A stretch of DNA of 64,000 nt from Mobula hypostoma. Lineage: Eukaryota. The notes under the pieces are model-generated. The model saw only the letters and a list, made by a program, of their open reading frames with translations. It did not search any database and was not told the DNA's origin. Below are positions 38,083-51,561 of the stretch, in pieces; position 1 is the stretch's first letter, and the number at the start of each line of letters is the position of its first letter. Made by a program: the position numbers and the translations under genes. Location: positions 162,504,001-162,568,000 of the forward strand of contig NC_086097.1 in assembly GCF_963921235.1 (NCBI RefSeq), given 5' to 3'.

Positions 38083-39012
38083 ATTTATTATCAAAGTGCA
38101 TATACTGTATGTCACTATATACGACCCTGAGATCTGCTTTGTTTTGGATATGCTCAGTAAATCCAAGAAACATAATAGAATCAGTTACAGACTGCACCCA
38201 AAAGGACAGACAAGTAACCGAGGTGAAAAAGACAATAAATTATGCCAATGCAAAAGAAAAGAAAAATAATAAATAAATAAATAAATCAATAATAAACATC
38301 GAGGACATAAGATGAAGAGTCCTTGAAAATGTGTCCATTGGTTGTGGGAACAGTTCAGTGATGGGACAAATGAAATTGTGTGCAGTTATCTCCTCTGGTT
38401 CAAGAGCCTGATGGTTGAGGAGTAATAACTGAGTCTGAATCTGGTGGTGTGGGTCCTAAGGTTCTTGTACCTTCTTCCTGATGGCAGTGAAAAGAGAGCA
38501 TAGACCGGGTTGGGGGAGGGTCCTTGATGATGGATGCTGCTTTTCTGTGACAGCGCTGCATACAGATATGCTCAATGGTGGGGAAGGCTTTACCCGTGAT
38601 GGACTGAGCTGTATCCACTACCTTTAGTAGAATTTTCCATTCAACGGTATCAGTCTTTCCATACCTGGCCGGGATGCAACTAGTCATATACTGTCCACTA
38701 CACACCTATAGATGTTTCTCAAAGTTTCTCAAAGTTCCAAATCTTTGCAAACTTCAATGAAAGTAGAAATGCTACAGTGCTTTGTCTGTAATTATGCTTA
38801 CATGCTGGGCCCAGGACAAATTGTCAGAAATGATAACATAGAGGAACTTCAAGTTGCTGGCCCTTTCCTCCTCCGATCCCCTGATGAGGACTTGCTCGTG
38901 GACCTCTGGTTTCCTACTCCTGAAGTCAATAATCAGCTCCCTGGTCTTGCTGACATTAAGTAAGAGGTTGTTGTTGTGGCACCACTCCACCAGATTTTCA
39001 GTCTCCCTCCTA
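38083..39012 (-). mobile_element. Rex/Babar-like LINE 3' part
   Basis: EWCHNNNLLLNVSKTRELIIDFR...LKFL..ISDNLSW (38772-38990). Confidence 0.85.
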
Positions 39013-41519
39013 TTTACTCAGGTTTATCATCACTCATATAAGTAATGAATTTGTGTTTTTTTTGCGGCAGTGGTACAGAGCAATGCATAAAATTACTACA
39101 GTACTGTGCAAATGCCTTAGGCACGCTGGCTATGTATACAGTATGTGCAGTATGTAAGTCTTTTGCACAGTGCTGTAACTCACCCTATCATCATTCCAGG
39201 TGAGCATCATGTCATTTCTGCTCATCAGACATTATTATGAGCAAATATGTTGTCGAGGCCATTATTTTCAAAGTAGGAGTGGATAAAGACTGTTTTCAAG
39301 ACTACTCTTTGAGACTATCCTTCTTTTGCCCAAGACTTAATGAAATAATCATTCAACTTTTAGTTCAGTAGTTAAGTTTGACATCCTATGGATGCCAAAC
39401 GGGGAGTGTTCTAGCCTCTAGAGGTGTGGTTCATTTTGTATGAAGATCTCTTTCCTGGCGTAAGCTGCTTTTATATAATTTCCTGCGCAGATTAGTTCTG
39501 ATTTGATTTGAAGCACGTGGTGGAAGACACACATCTCCATCCACTCTGTACTTGCCCTTGAATATGCAAAATTTGTGAGTCTTAAGCTTTTGGTAACTTT
39601 GGTAAACATTTAGTAGATACATTTTGAAGGAAGTTTATCATTGTGCCATGAGATTACACTGTGTAGTTATGGACTGTTGCATTTGTACTGTATATTACCT
39701 TGGTTAACTCCGGTTGTGAGAATAATCAATGGTATTGGTATTTTCAGGCATGCAGTGATCCTGTATTGAATTTAATATGTATTTTAGTTAACTTTCTGTA
39801 GTTTCACAAGTACGAGATCTCATTGAAAACCCTAAAGCAAGCTTCTGTCTTGGGTGATTTTTGAGAAATGTTTAGCTCCCTGCATAGCTGTGCGCATATG
39901 CACTGTGAAAGCAGTAGACCCTCCACATGGTGGATGTAGACTTGCCGAAAAACAGCTGTTCCCAATTAACTCTCCCTAATTCCTACCTAATGCTCTCATA
40001 ATTTGCGCCACTCTAGTTCACAGAGTTTAATGTGAATAGAGTTAGAGGGAAAAGAAAACAATAAACACTAGGCCAAATAGGGCCGTTAACTCAAACTCTC
40101 AATTGGAAAATGAAGCCAACACTGCGGCTGAAAGGAATAACTAAATATAAGACGAATATCACTAGTCTTCAGAGTCAGTTGACTTGACAGTCCAATTTCT
40201 CAGGCAAGGCTAAATGCAAGCAAGCAGTGAAATGTTGCCGTGTTTTGCCCAAGCTTCGACAAGCACTACAACAAAAAGAATGGAGTTAAATACAATCACA
40301 ATGAAATAATAATTAGCTGACACGTGCATATTCAAGAGTGCAATTGCCGTATCTGCTGCATTGCCGAATCCATGGTTGTGACAATCTAAGCCCCTCGTGA
40401 TTTTATAAACCTCTGTGAAGTAACCTCTCAGCATCCTTAGCTCTGGGAAAAAGGTAATAGATTATCCAGCCTCTCATTATAACTCAAGTTTTCCAATCCT
40501 GGCAACATCTTTTTCTGCACCCCTTCCAGTTTAATAACATCCTTCCTAAAACAGGATGACCAGAACGATATACAGTACCCCATACATAACCTAATCACGT
40601 CTTGTACCTGCAACATGACTTCTCAACTCCTGTACTCAGTGTTCAGACCAATGACTGCAATGTTTTCTCTTTCACCACCCTGTCATGATTTCATCACCTT
40701 CAAGGAATTGTGCACATGACATGAATGCTAGAAGCTCAGGGAGGTCAATAGTGATGTCTTGAAGAGAGCAAGCAGATTCCTAAGCCTTCCTTCATTTACT
40801 ATTGTAGACTTTACTTGGTAAGCATGGTTCACTTTACCTGGGTGACTGCAGACTCCAGGCACCTGTATTTGGTTGCTGGACAAACCTCAAAAAGCAATCA
40901 AGTGCAAAATGCTTGCACTGCTCTCAAGTTCAAAGTCAGTCGTATCCTCGCGCCCAGAATCTCTGCATTCTGACTTCAGCTGAGATATGCCACACGTGAC
41001 ACTTTGCAGTTTCCTGCTACGTTTCAGAAGTCCAGAATAGTTCAGCTGGCAAACTGAGGAATATTCTATTTTTGGCAAATGTGATTTTCACATTCACATT
41101 AAGAAAAGGCATTTGGCTACAATGCAGGACTCCCAATTGTGCAAGCATTCATCGTGAGCACATCCCTGGTAATTCCCCTTCCATCACTATACCTTACGCA
41201 AGGAGACTGCTTCTTGCATGCATTGCTCTTCATAAGCCTGTGCAGATTCCTCTAACCCCAGCACTGACTCTATCAACCACTTCTGTGAAAGTCAATGTTG
41301 AGTTTATTGTCATATGCTCCAGTACATGTAGGCACAGGTGCAATGAGAAACTTGCAGAAGCATTACAGGCACATGGCATCATATAAGCAGCATTCAGAAG
41401 AAAAACATAAACATAACATACATTTCTCTCAAGAAAAAACAATTAGAACAAAAGTCTATTTTAGAGCAAGGTGGTCAAATTGTTGCTTAGCTGCACTGAT
41501 TAATGTTTTGCTGGTTCAA

Positions 41520-42300
41520 GCTCAAAGTTTAAAGTAAATGTATTATCAAAATACATATATGTCATCATATACTATCCTGTGGGCATACTCAGTAAGTACA
41601 AAGAAACATGATAGAATCAAAGAAAAGCCACGCACAACAAGACAGCCAAAGAACCAATGAGTGAAAGACAAAAAATTGTGCAAATACAAAAAGAAAAAAA
41701 AGAAGAAATAAATAAGCAATAAGTATCAAGAACATGAGATGAAGAATCCCTGAAAATGAGTCCATAGGTTGTGGGAACAGTTCAGTTAGGGTGAGTGAAG
41801 TTATCCCCTCTATTTCAACAGTCTGATGGTTGAGGGTTGATAAATGTTCCAGAACCTGGTAATTTTGTTCCTGAGGCTCCTGTACTTCCTTTCTTTTCAA
41901 ATCTTTTTATCGTTATATTATACAAAAGAAATAACACAAGTACATTGAAGAGGCTCCTGTACTTCTTTCCTGATGGCAGCAGCAAGAAGAGAGCATGGTC
42001 TGGATGGTGAAGGCCTTGATGATGGATGCTGCTTTCCTGTGACAGTGCTCCATGTAGATGTACTCAGAGGTGAGAAGAGTTTTACCCATGATGGACTAGG
42101 CTCTATCCACTACTTTTGAAGGCTTTTCTGTTCAAGGCCATTGATATTTCCATACCAGGCTGTGATGAACCAGTCAGCATACTCTGAACTGCACATCTAT
42201 GGATGTTTGTCAAAGTTTTAGATGACATGTCGAATCTTCGTAAACTTCTAAGAAAGTAGAGTGCTGTCATTCGTTCTTTATTATGGCATTTACATGCTGG
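41520..42300 (-). mobile_element. Rex/Babar-like LINE 3' part
   Basis: LYFLRSLRRFDMSSKTLTN motif plus the shared tail. Confidence 0.75.
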
Positions 42301-42580
42301 ACCATAAGTCCTGAAGACATAGAGTAAGAGCAGACCCATCAAGTCTGCTCTGCCATTCAGTCATGGCTGATTTATTATCCTTCTCAACCCACTCTCCTGT
42401 CTTTTCCCCATAACCATCGGGGCTCTTACTAATCAAGAACCTGTTAATCTCCGCTTTAAATATCCCTAATGACTTGGCCTCCACGGCTGCCTGTGCCAAT
42501 TATTTCCACGGATTCACCGCCCTCTGGCTAAAGAAATTCTTACTCATTTCTGTTCTCAAGGGATATCCTTCTATTCTGAG
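42301..42580 (-). mobile_element. CR1 3' fragment
   Basis: AVEAKSLGIFKAEINRFL and CR1 tail. Confidence 0.75.
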
Positions 42581-42785
42581 ATAGCCTGGTAGTAGCTCGC
42601 GCCTGATGGTAGCTGTGAAAAGATAGCATGGCCCTGATTTTGGGGCGCCTTGGTGATAGTTGCTACCTTCCTGATGCAGTGTCTCCCGTAGATACTATCA
42701 GTGGTGGTAAGTGATGTGTTGAATAGTGTCCTCTACTCCCTGCAGCTTCATATGTTCCTGCACATTCAAATTGCCAATACCGGAC

Positions 42786-43006
42786 AGTTGTGTATTTATC
42801 ATTTCAGTAATACTGTAAATATATTGTTTCATTAAGCATTCTTTATTATTTACATAATTCATTACGGGTTATATGTAAGAAGTAGGTGAATGACATACGT
42901 CATTATGTCACCATGTCATATGTGCTCTAAAAGTAAAACGCAATGTACATGAGTTATCACTTGGCTCCCATGTTTCTCTTTAGATTTGAAGTTACAAAAC
43001 ATAACG
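42786..43006 (+). mobile_element. Solo LTR of the gag-PR Gypsy family
   Basis: Reverse-complement similar to 26235-26471; flanked by cggac/cagac (imperfect 5-bp TSD). Confidence 0.65.
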
Positions 43007-45162
43007 CAGACCATGATGCCATCATCGGTATAAGTTTGTTCGAGTGTTTGATGGTAAATTGTACATCTTTAACCTCCGAAGGAAGTAAAGACTCTGGCGA
43101 GCTTTCCTTATTATTGAATCTATGTGCTGGCTCCATGCTGGTTGAATTGTGATGTGGCTCTCTTAGGACTACTTCCCGAGGCCAACGTTTTGCTGAAAAG
43201 TCTTAACAACATGAGAAAAACGACCCCTAATGCCAGTTGTTTTGGAATCAAAGTAATATTACTCTGAGGGAGCCTCATAGCACTGTTTTGGAATGGTACT
43301 AAGTTGTTTCATAATTTTTACTAGAGCTTTCTGAAAGTGTGCTAAAGACATTGCTAATTTAACTCAAAGAAATGGCTCCGGCAAATTTCTAGGTTTGCTT
43401 CACTAATCTGAAGTGCATTCTATTTTAGTCTTATTTCCTTCTGCGTAGAAAGGGTGCTTGCTGTCTTAAAAAAATACATCCCTATCCGCAATGACACAAT
43501 GTTATCAAAATGATGCATTGCTCTCTGGCTCATCTCCTTTGCATGATCATGCTGGACTGTTTCATAAATCCTTTGAGAGGTCTATGTAATCGCCTGGATG
43601 GATTCAATTACAAGTGAGGGTTGGAGAGAGTTTGTGGTATATTTGTTTTTACTCCCTGTCCCTGAGCTTTCTCTCTTTTCTTTTCTTCGCAGAGAGACTT
43701 TGCAGCATTACTTTGTTTTGGCTGGTTTGATCCAGTTAGTAGTCTCTGCTTGGCAATGTTGTGTGCATTTTAAAATTCATTTAAATGATGAGGGAACCAC
43801 TGCTAGTTCTAGCTATTTCTTCCTATCCCTAATTGTACTTTAGAAGTGGTGATGGATTGTCTCCACATCCTTAAGTCTGGCTTGTCTGTGTGTGGAACAG
43901 GGCGCTTTTTAAGGTTGAGTAAATATCGTAATCTATTCTCAAATGTTGCTGATAATGCAATTCTATGTAGTACCAATGATCTAAAATCCTTAGGGAAACA
44001 TTTCATTTCCAAAACCTTTATTTTCAATCTAACACTTGTGCCTGCACGTAAACAGCAGCCATGGTTTCACTGACTCCCTTTGTGCTGTTGAAAATGAGAA
44101 GCAGACTTGCATTTATATAATGCCTTTGACCATCTCAATAGCAAAAAGCAAGTGAAAATGTTAACTAAGAGAAGTTAATTAATACAATAAGCCTAGTCCA
44201 CCACATGTGAATGCAAAGTACTGGAGAACACATGACCAAGTCATAGATGACATAATTAAAGAGGCATTGACACTTTGCCTGACTGCAGTCTGGTATGTTA
44301 TATCCCCTGAGAAATCAGGAGCTCACTTCTTGGAGACTTTACTGATGGCTCCAGAAAATACTCCAGTAGCAAAAAAACTAGATCTTCTACATAAGTTTTG
44401 ACCACCATCTCAGCCAATGACATATGATACATCCGTATCTGCCGATCACAACAGTGAAGTAATCAACTGCTTCAGTGACTCCTGTAGTGCTGAGGACTGG
44501 AAGGGAAATGCATCGGTGAATACTGGTGAACGAAGTCGTATTGGGGGGGGGGGGTGGAGCAAGAGACTTCCCAGCAATCATTAAGCATATTATCAACATA
44601 CTGTATGTGTGTACACATATACACAGAATAAGTTATGTTTAATATGTTCTTCCAACAACAGAAACTTAAATTCCTACATATACCCCAATTGGAAACTACT
44701 CCACATTTGATGGTGGCCTGTTTTGGACACAGAAAGGAGAATTTAGCTTCTCTGAACTGTTTTCACAAGTATCTGAGTTCTACCTTTCAACGTTTTGAAA
44801 TTTTTGAATTCTCATTGCAACATGGTGGGATTTCAACTCCCTGTCTCTATGTCATTAGTTCAGTTCCTAAATGTCTGGCACACTCACCTACAGCACTACC
44901 TCTCTCAGTATGTTTTTTTTAGTGTGGCATATTCTGTTTGCATATGTAATGCAAGGGAGTTCTCAATATCTGATGAAACACATCCTCCTCAAATAGTATA
45001 TTATGCTCCTTCCCTGCTACCGCTTCTCCCCCTTCACCATGATCATGAGATTCGAGGATAGGTGCATAGGGAATGGTATGCTATTGTGGGTGTGAGTTTT
45101 GTGCAAGTCTCCTACTGGTATCATCTTGTCAGAAGCAAATCCATATCTATATTAAAATGATA

Positions 45163-45166
<4 letters not shown>

Positions 45167-45218
<52 letters not shown>
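45167..45218. repeat. (CA)n microsatellite, ~26 units
   Basis: Seen directly. Confidence 0.95.
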
Positions 45219-45219
<1 letters not shown>

Positions 45220-45346
45220 GCAGTTTAAGAAATTCTGTCTGATACCTTCTAGGTTTAGGAATGCCTGCATACTGCCTAGTTCAGCAAATGCTGCTTCTAG
45301 CTTACCATGATAATTGTCAGTTCACTGGCTTGATCTAAGTACTTTG

Positions 45347-46090
45347 TTCAAAGTTCAAAGCAAATTTATTATTAAAGTATATGTCACCATATACAACCGT
45401 GAGATTCATTTTCTTGCAGACATACTCAGGAGATCCAATAACCATAATTGAATCAATGGGCGTACAACCAGTGTGCAAAAGACAACAAATTGTGCAAATA
45501 CAAAAATAAAGAAATAATAATAATGAATAAATAAGCAATAAATATCGAGAACATGAGATGAAGAGTCCTTGAAAGTGAGCCCACAGGTTGTAGGAACATT
45601 TCAGTGATGGGACAAGTGAAGTTGAGTGAAGTTATCCCCTTTGGTTCAAGAGCCTGATGGTTGAGGGGTAATAACTGTTCCTAAACCTGGTGGTGTGAGT
45701 CCTGAGGCTCCTGTACCACCTCCCTGATGGCAGCAGCGAGAAGAGAGCATGACCTAAGTGGTGGGGGTCCCTGATGACAAATGCTGATTTCTTGCATCAA
45801 TGCTCTGTGTAAATGTGCTCATTGATGGGGAGGGCTTTACCCATGATAGACTAGGATTTTCCGTTCCAAGGCATTGGTGTGTTGTACCACGCTGTGATGC
45901 AACCGGTCAACAAAATCTCCACGACAAATGTATAGAAGTTTTTCAAAGTTTTAAATGTGATGCTGAATCTTCACAAACTCCTAAGGAAGTAGAGGTGCTG
46001 CTGTGCTTTCTTAATAATTGCATTTATGTGCTGGATCCAGGCCAGTTATCAGAAATGATAACACCAAGGAATTTAAAGCAGCTGACCCTC
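45347..46090 (-). mobile_element. Rex/Babar-like LINE 3' part
   Basis: Same tail and ORF2 C-terminus as 38083 and 41520. Confidence 0.8.
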
Positions 46091-46849
46091 TCAAAGTTGC
46101 AACAACTTTGTGATTTGCAAAGAAGTTAACCTGCTTGACCCAAGTACTTTGAGAATTGCCCTTGTTATAATACATTTAAACAAGATCTCTTGAGATTTAT
46201 CAGGGGGATTTAGTTGGAAGGCCAAAAGACTGGCGTTTGCACTAGGCAACTCAGTCATATTTGCACTGTCTCCATCTCACAAGAAATTATTTGCCATGAT
46301 TAGATGTTGAAAACATGCTATAGACAGCATATTTATTTTGATAAATGGCCATAATGGGCAAGGCCAGCACTTATTGTGTTCCTAAGTGCCTTTGAGTCAC
46401 TAAGCCTTTTCAGAAGTTAGTTAAAAGTGAACCTTGACATTAGCTGTGTTTGTTACATACAAACCACAATAGACTTCCTTTCCAAAGAGACACCGGTGAA
46501 TCATTTTGGTTTTTTAATGGCAATGTATGCTTGTATTCCAGATTCATTTAACTAACTGAATTAAAATTTCCCAGCTAAGGTGGTAGGATCTCTGGGTTAC
46601 TAGCCCAGTATTTTAACCACTATACTACCTTTGTTCCTTAATAAAACTCCCTCCCAGAAAGTTTAGGGAAAAGTTGCTTAAAGCCAAATAGATGTCCAGC
46701 AGCCATTGATCTTGCATGTGACAGGGTTAATTAGGCTTTGCCCCACCAGCTCTCCAGATAGGCAACCGATTAGCAGTTTCCATTAACTGACAATTTTACC
46801 AATGAATCTGGAGCTGACACATGCTTGCGAATCATCTAACTTTTTTTTT

Positions 46850-47880
46850 AACCGCCCGAAAGTCTGTACTTTCCAGATAACTTCTAGGCAGGTGACGATT
46901 TGAAATGCAAACGGAGTAGATTTCGCGGTTTGTCATGAGAGATTAAACGGGATTGTGCGTTTAAGAAATTTTCTGTGGGGTTAATTCGAATTTGTTGCTG
47001 AAATTTTTAAAAAGTCTGCTGATGCTAGAAATCTGGAACCAAAATCACAAACGATGCTGAGAAAGCTCAACTTTGTTTCTCTTTCCACAGATGCAGTCCG
47101 ATCTCCAGCATTGTTAGTTTTTTTTATTGTAGCCATTGTTATCCTTTGAAGCTGTAACTTATCTGCAATGAGGCAATAACTATTGCGATTGGCTCTCCTG
47201 GAGAAGCCGTACATACTGCAATTAAGTGCCAAAGACAGAGTCTCGGTCTGAGCATGTCACACACTACCCTGCTCAGGAATCTTGACTGTACGAGAGCCCC
47301 GACCCGCGAAGGGTTTACCTTGCCTGTGCAAACAACTATGCAATCAACATCCTGAATTTTTCATGGAGACACATTGACAGCGCGCTGTTTTTCTCGGTTG
47401 CGCTACAAGGTTTCAGTTTACAAAAGGAACACCTTTCGGCAACATGTAAGTGAACGGCGTGGTTTTTCATCTTTAACAAACTACTTTTGTTACAGACACC
47501 GAACGTCAGGCGGGACGGGGCGCGGTGGAAGCCTTACAGGCTTGCGTGGAAAATAAGTTGCAAAGTATTTCAAACATGTTCTGCTTCCACTTCTCCCGTT
47601 AATTTTGAATGGTTAACTATAATCTCGCCCTTTGGTTTTCGAGAGAGATTGGATACCTCCGGATGCGTGCTACTGCCCACTGTCTCGGGAGGCGTTTTCT
47701 ATATGCTAATCCCACTGCCCTGTTTCGTTCTCCCGAGTTTTTTTTTGGTTGTCAGCTGTGGCGAGGCAGGGTGAGAGGTAGAGATCTGTTGTTTCTCTAG
47801 GATCACTTTGTAGCCCAAATTGCTTGTTGCAGTATGTGACGACTTTCGGAGGTAGTTGTTATTTAGAGTACTGCGAAGCA
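46850..47880. promoter_or_regulatory. CpG-rich promoter region of ARHGAP28, possibly bidirectional
   Basis: Local CpG retention outside repeats; GC-box-like ggcgggacggggcgcgg at ~47510; splice donors facing outward on both strands (47446 +, 47318 -); directly upstream of the coding exon. Confidence 0.7.
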
Positions 47881-47893
47881 TGAGTAACTGACA

Positions 47894-48018
47894 ATGGATA
47901 TAAATGATTCAAGCAGTGTGGTTTTGACAGCTTATCATTCCTATTCCCCCTCAAGAATACCAATAATGGATCAAAGCTGTGTAACTGAACTTCCGTCAAG
48001 TCTTGTTCCAACACACAG
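47894..48018 (+). CDS. ARHGAP28: Rho GTPase-activating protein 28, first coding exon (MDINDSSSVVLTAYHSYSPSRIPIMDQSCVTELPSSLVPTH, phase 2)
   Basis: Open frame from acaATGg to donor AG|gtaaac. N-terminus matches human ARHGAP28 MEVEDSGGVVLTAYHSY as recalled; paralog ARHGAP18 has VVLTAYHP. Acceptor tttctctag ends at 47800. Absent from the ORF track because it is short. Confidence 0.85.
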
Positions 48019-49409
48019 GTAAACATTTGAAACCTGATTAAGTGTGGAGTGTTGTTCTTTATCGTTATAATCTGTGTTTTGATTGAAAGTCAAACATGTA
48101 GTCCCTAAATCAGATTACCTGATTTGTAACATAGCTGTCTTATTCTCCAGTGCCTTTTAGGAAGAAGTTTCTCTGTGAAATTTTGAAGAATTTAAGTGTG
48201 CATTTAAGAATATCAACATTTTAATTTAAGTTAATTTTCATAATCAAATCTTATGTTTAAGCAGTTTTCTCCTTTAATTTTTTTTAAAAGCTCTCCTGCC
48301 GAAAATGTCTCTATCACCACTCCTTTCTCTGGACTCTGCTTTCTGATTCTCTCCCCATCTCCCTTCTGCGTTCCAGCTTTGTTTCTCAGTTACTTCAGGT
48401 GTAGTCTTCATCAGTTTTCTTTTGTTTTCACTATTTTTTCCTTTCTGAAAAAATATATATGCTGCTGTTTTTATAGCCTGACTTAAAAGATGCCTGCCTA
48501 CGAACGTTTGAGGATAGCCATTCTTGAGCGCTTGCATTTATGAAGAATAAACTGGCCGAATGTTTTCATTCCCCACCACCGTACCTTGTACAATTGGCCC
48601 ACTATGTAGTTTTAAATCTATACTCGAAACCTGTTGGTATTTATCATGTAAAGATGCTAGGAGAACTCATTGTGCATGATTGGTTGTTTAGCAGTGTTTA
48701 GTAGAAAGTTCAGAAACTAATTTTGAAAATAATGTCGTGGAGATGGGCAGCACTAAAGGAGGCCCTTCAACCCATTGAGTTGGTGATGAAAACAAAACCC
48801 CTTCTCTTTTTTTATAAACAAATCCAACCCGTTTTATTATTCTCTTTTCACAGGTATACAGGAGGGTACCCAGGTAAAGTGGGGTAATCTATGTATAGAG
48901 GTAGGCAAATGGAGGTGAATGTTTCTGTATTAACTAAGGAGGAGGATTTGGAAGACAGTGAGTTCAGGTAGAGCTATATGGGTAACCAGAAGCAAGTCAA
49001 TATTAATGAGAAGAGACAGAGGGTGGAAGGTCTTATGCTATCCATTTGAAGTAGACTGCCATGGGTTTATTGCGTTCATTCTCCAGAAGTGACTGCGTGA
49101 CCTTGGCTTCACTAGAAGAGAGATCAAGTCAACCAGCAGGGCTGTAGCTGAGGCAGCAGAGAAAGGATCAGCATGGGTGTGGACCAAGTATGTCCAGAGG
49201 GGCAGATAGTCAGACAGTGTATACATATCTTGCAAACCCTTCAGTAGTTGCATAGACACCTGAAGAGTAGACTATCTGTTGGATGGAAGTGACCAACAAC
49301 TCTGACAGAGGCAGATACCAAGTTTTTAAGCTCACCAGTGGGAGGTGATGCTTTAGCACTGCTGGCCCACCACCTCGAGAGAGTCTTGATCATAAGTGGG
49401 CCGAAACTC

Positions 49410-49495
49410 CAGAAGACAGGTGGCAGATCAACTGATGATCCCACTGATGAAAGCACAGGACAGTTAACATCTTAGTCCACGTGTATTTTGTAACT
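49410..49495 (-). mobile_element. Fragment of an LTR related to the Gmr1-like element
   Basis: gaagacaggtggcaga...gcacaggacagttaacatctta matches 59925-59990. Confidence 0.7.
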
Positions 49496-49504
49496 CAACG
49501 TGTT

Positions 49505-49835
49505 AGAAACATAGAAAACCTACAGCACAATACCGGCCCTTCGGCCCACAAAGTTGTGCTGAACATGTCCCTATCTTAGAAATTACTAGGCTTACTCTAG
49601 CCCTGTATTTTTCTGAGCTCCAAGTACCTATCCAAAATTCTCTTAAAAGACCCTATCATATCTGCCTCCACTGCCGTTGCCAGCAGCCCATTCCATGCAC
49701 TAAACACTCTCTAAGTAAAAGAAAATCTTACCCCTGACATCTCCTCTGTACCTACTCCCCAGCACCTTAAACCTGTGTCCTGTTGTGGTAACCATTTCAG
49801 CCCTGGGAAAAAGCCTCTGACTATCCATACAATCA
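49505..49835 (-). mobile_element. CR1 3' fragment
   Basis: DSQRLFPRAEMVTTTGHRFKVLGSRYRGDVRG and tail tagaaacatagaaa. Confidence 0.8.
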
Positions 49836-51561
49836 ACACAAGATGAATAAAGGTTGATAAATCCCCAAGGCTGGACAAAATCTATTGCAGGATGTATGAG
49901 AAGTAAAGGAGGCCATAGCAGATTTTTTTGCATCTTCATTGGCTATGGGTGAGGTAGTAATTCCAACCTGCACATCCTTGCAATGTGGGAGGAAACTGGA
50001 GCATACAGAGGAAACTCCAATGGCCACAGGAAGATTGCAGAAACTTCACATTGACTTTGAACCTGGATCACTGGAGTTGTGAGATGCCTGTGTTAGCTGT
50101 CCAACTGCGGTGCAAGTATAAACAGTGCGGGCTGCCTTTGGTGTAGACCATCCAACATTCACTATTCAGAAGTTAGTCTGAGCAGCGATTGTTTAATTGA
50201 CCTTCAGAACATTCAATATACTGTTCAGGAAGTTACCATACATGTGTGGCCCCCTGCCTTACCAGTGGAGGAAGTCAATAAGTGTTCTGGTTCCTCTGAC
50301 ATTAAAGCAGAAAAGGCTACAAACACTTGACAGGTTAGATAGCAAATGTAGACCAAGAGGGTTATTGTTTCGGGTTGAAGACCCTCCCTTTCACTGCTGT
50401 AAGCCGATCTGACCCTCAATTACTTTGCCGCTTCCTCCCCTCAGCCTGATGGTTCTGTTCTCCCAGCCTCCAGCAAAGATTTGATCTTAGTTAGCTCACT
50501 TTGTTATGTAGCCGCTGAAATTAGGCCCACAGTGAAATTTTGGGAATAATTCAGGTCTACTGCTGTGTGCCTAAATACTTCTATTGCCAGCTGCCTTGGT
50601 GGCTGATAATGCTGCTTTTGATATTGATGCTCCATATGGGTAAAACTGCAACATTTCAATGGCCATGGTGTTAGGTCCCCATCATCATTTCCTGCTCCCC
50701 AGCCACTGGCTCCAGACCTTTCTCTACTTTCCAGACTACTTTGAACATCGAACACAAAACAGTACACCACAGTACAGCCCCTTCGGCTCACAATGTTGTG
50801 CTGACCGTTTATACTCTACTCCAAGATCAATCTAACCCTTCCCTCCCTCCCTCATTGTACTCCGTTTTTCTGTCATCCACGTACCTATCCGAGTTCCATT
50901 CATCCATGTCCCTAATGTATCTGCCTCTACCATCACCCCTAACAGTGCTTTCCATGCACTTACTGCTCTGTAGTTTAAAAAAAACTCTACCTCTGACATC
51001 CACCCCTATAGTGTTTCCTCCAATCACCTGTAAATTATGCCTTTGTATTAGCCACCAGGTAAAAGGTGCTCGCCACCCACTCTATCTATGGCACTATCAT
51101 CTTGTACACCTCTATCAAGTAACCTCTCATCCTCAAAATGAATCAAATCTAAAAATGAAGCCAAGATGTCATAACGTGAGTGTCATATTTGGCACTACAT
51201 TGAGTTTCTGACACATCCACACCATCAGTAAGATTATCTTTTTTACCTTCAAAAACTATGGCCAACTCAGCCTCTATTGCTGAAACTTTGGTCCATGTCT
51301 TTGTTAATTCTAGACAAGTTTTCAGTGCACTGCTGGTGATGTTGTCTTACTCAGTTCTCTATAAACCTAAGTTCATCCTGTTCCTGGTAGCTGTGTCTTA
51401 ATTTGCTTCAAATTTTGTTCACCAATGTTTACCAATTATGGTTGCTGGTTCAGCAGTCCCTTGCTTTCAAATTTGTACTAATCACACTCTTCCCTATTGC
51501 TGCAGTCTGCTCCATCCCATAATATGATATATCTGACATTTTCTGCTTCAGGCCTCTTAAT

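Larger units (their letters stand above)
33950..39900 (+). mobile_element. Degenerate BEL/Pao LTR retrotransposon with nested insertions
   Basis: Gag knuckle remnant HKKLHPLRKCRGF (~34530), protease FDVQSNTSL (~34900), ILLLLG*D..LDLGWVIV (~35180-35290), RT RVHVF...YFYVGDGL (35817-36245), RNase H DAS...GKAKLAPKPDLTIPRIEL (~37355-37500), PPT ggggag then TG at 39407. Ends approximate. Confidence 0.85.

Noticed and set aside
43598..44073. Overlapping 72-81 aa ORFs in unique sequence
   Set aside because: No recognisable domain and no consistent splice-site pair.
47771..47800. GT...AG intron after gcagg|gtgaga
   Set aside because: Only 30 nt, too short for a vertebrate intron.
47894..48018. ARHGAP18 as an alternative identity
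   Set aside because: The MDINDS...AYHSY pattern fits ARHGAP28 (MEVEDS...AYHSY) better than ARHGAP18 (MSWLSS...AYHPS), from recalled sequences; BLASTP and synteny with LAMA1 would settle it.
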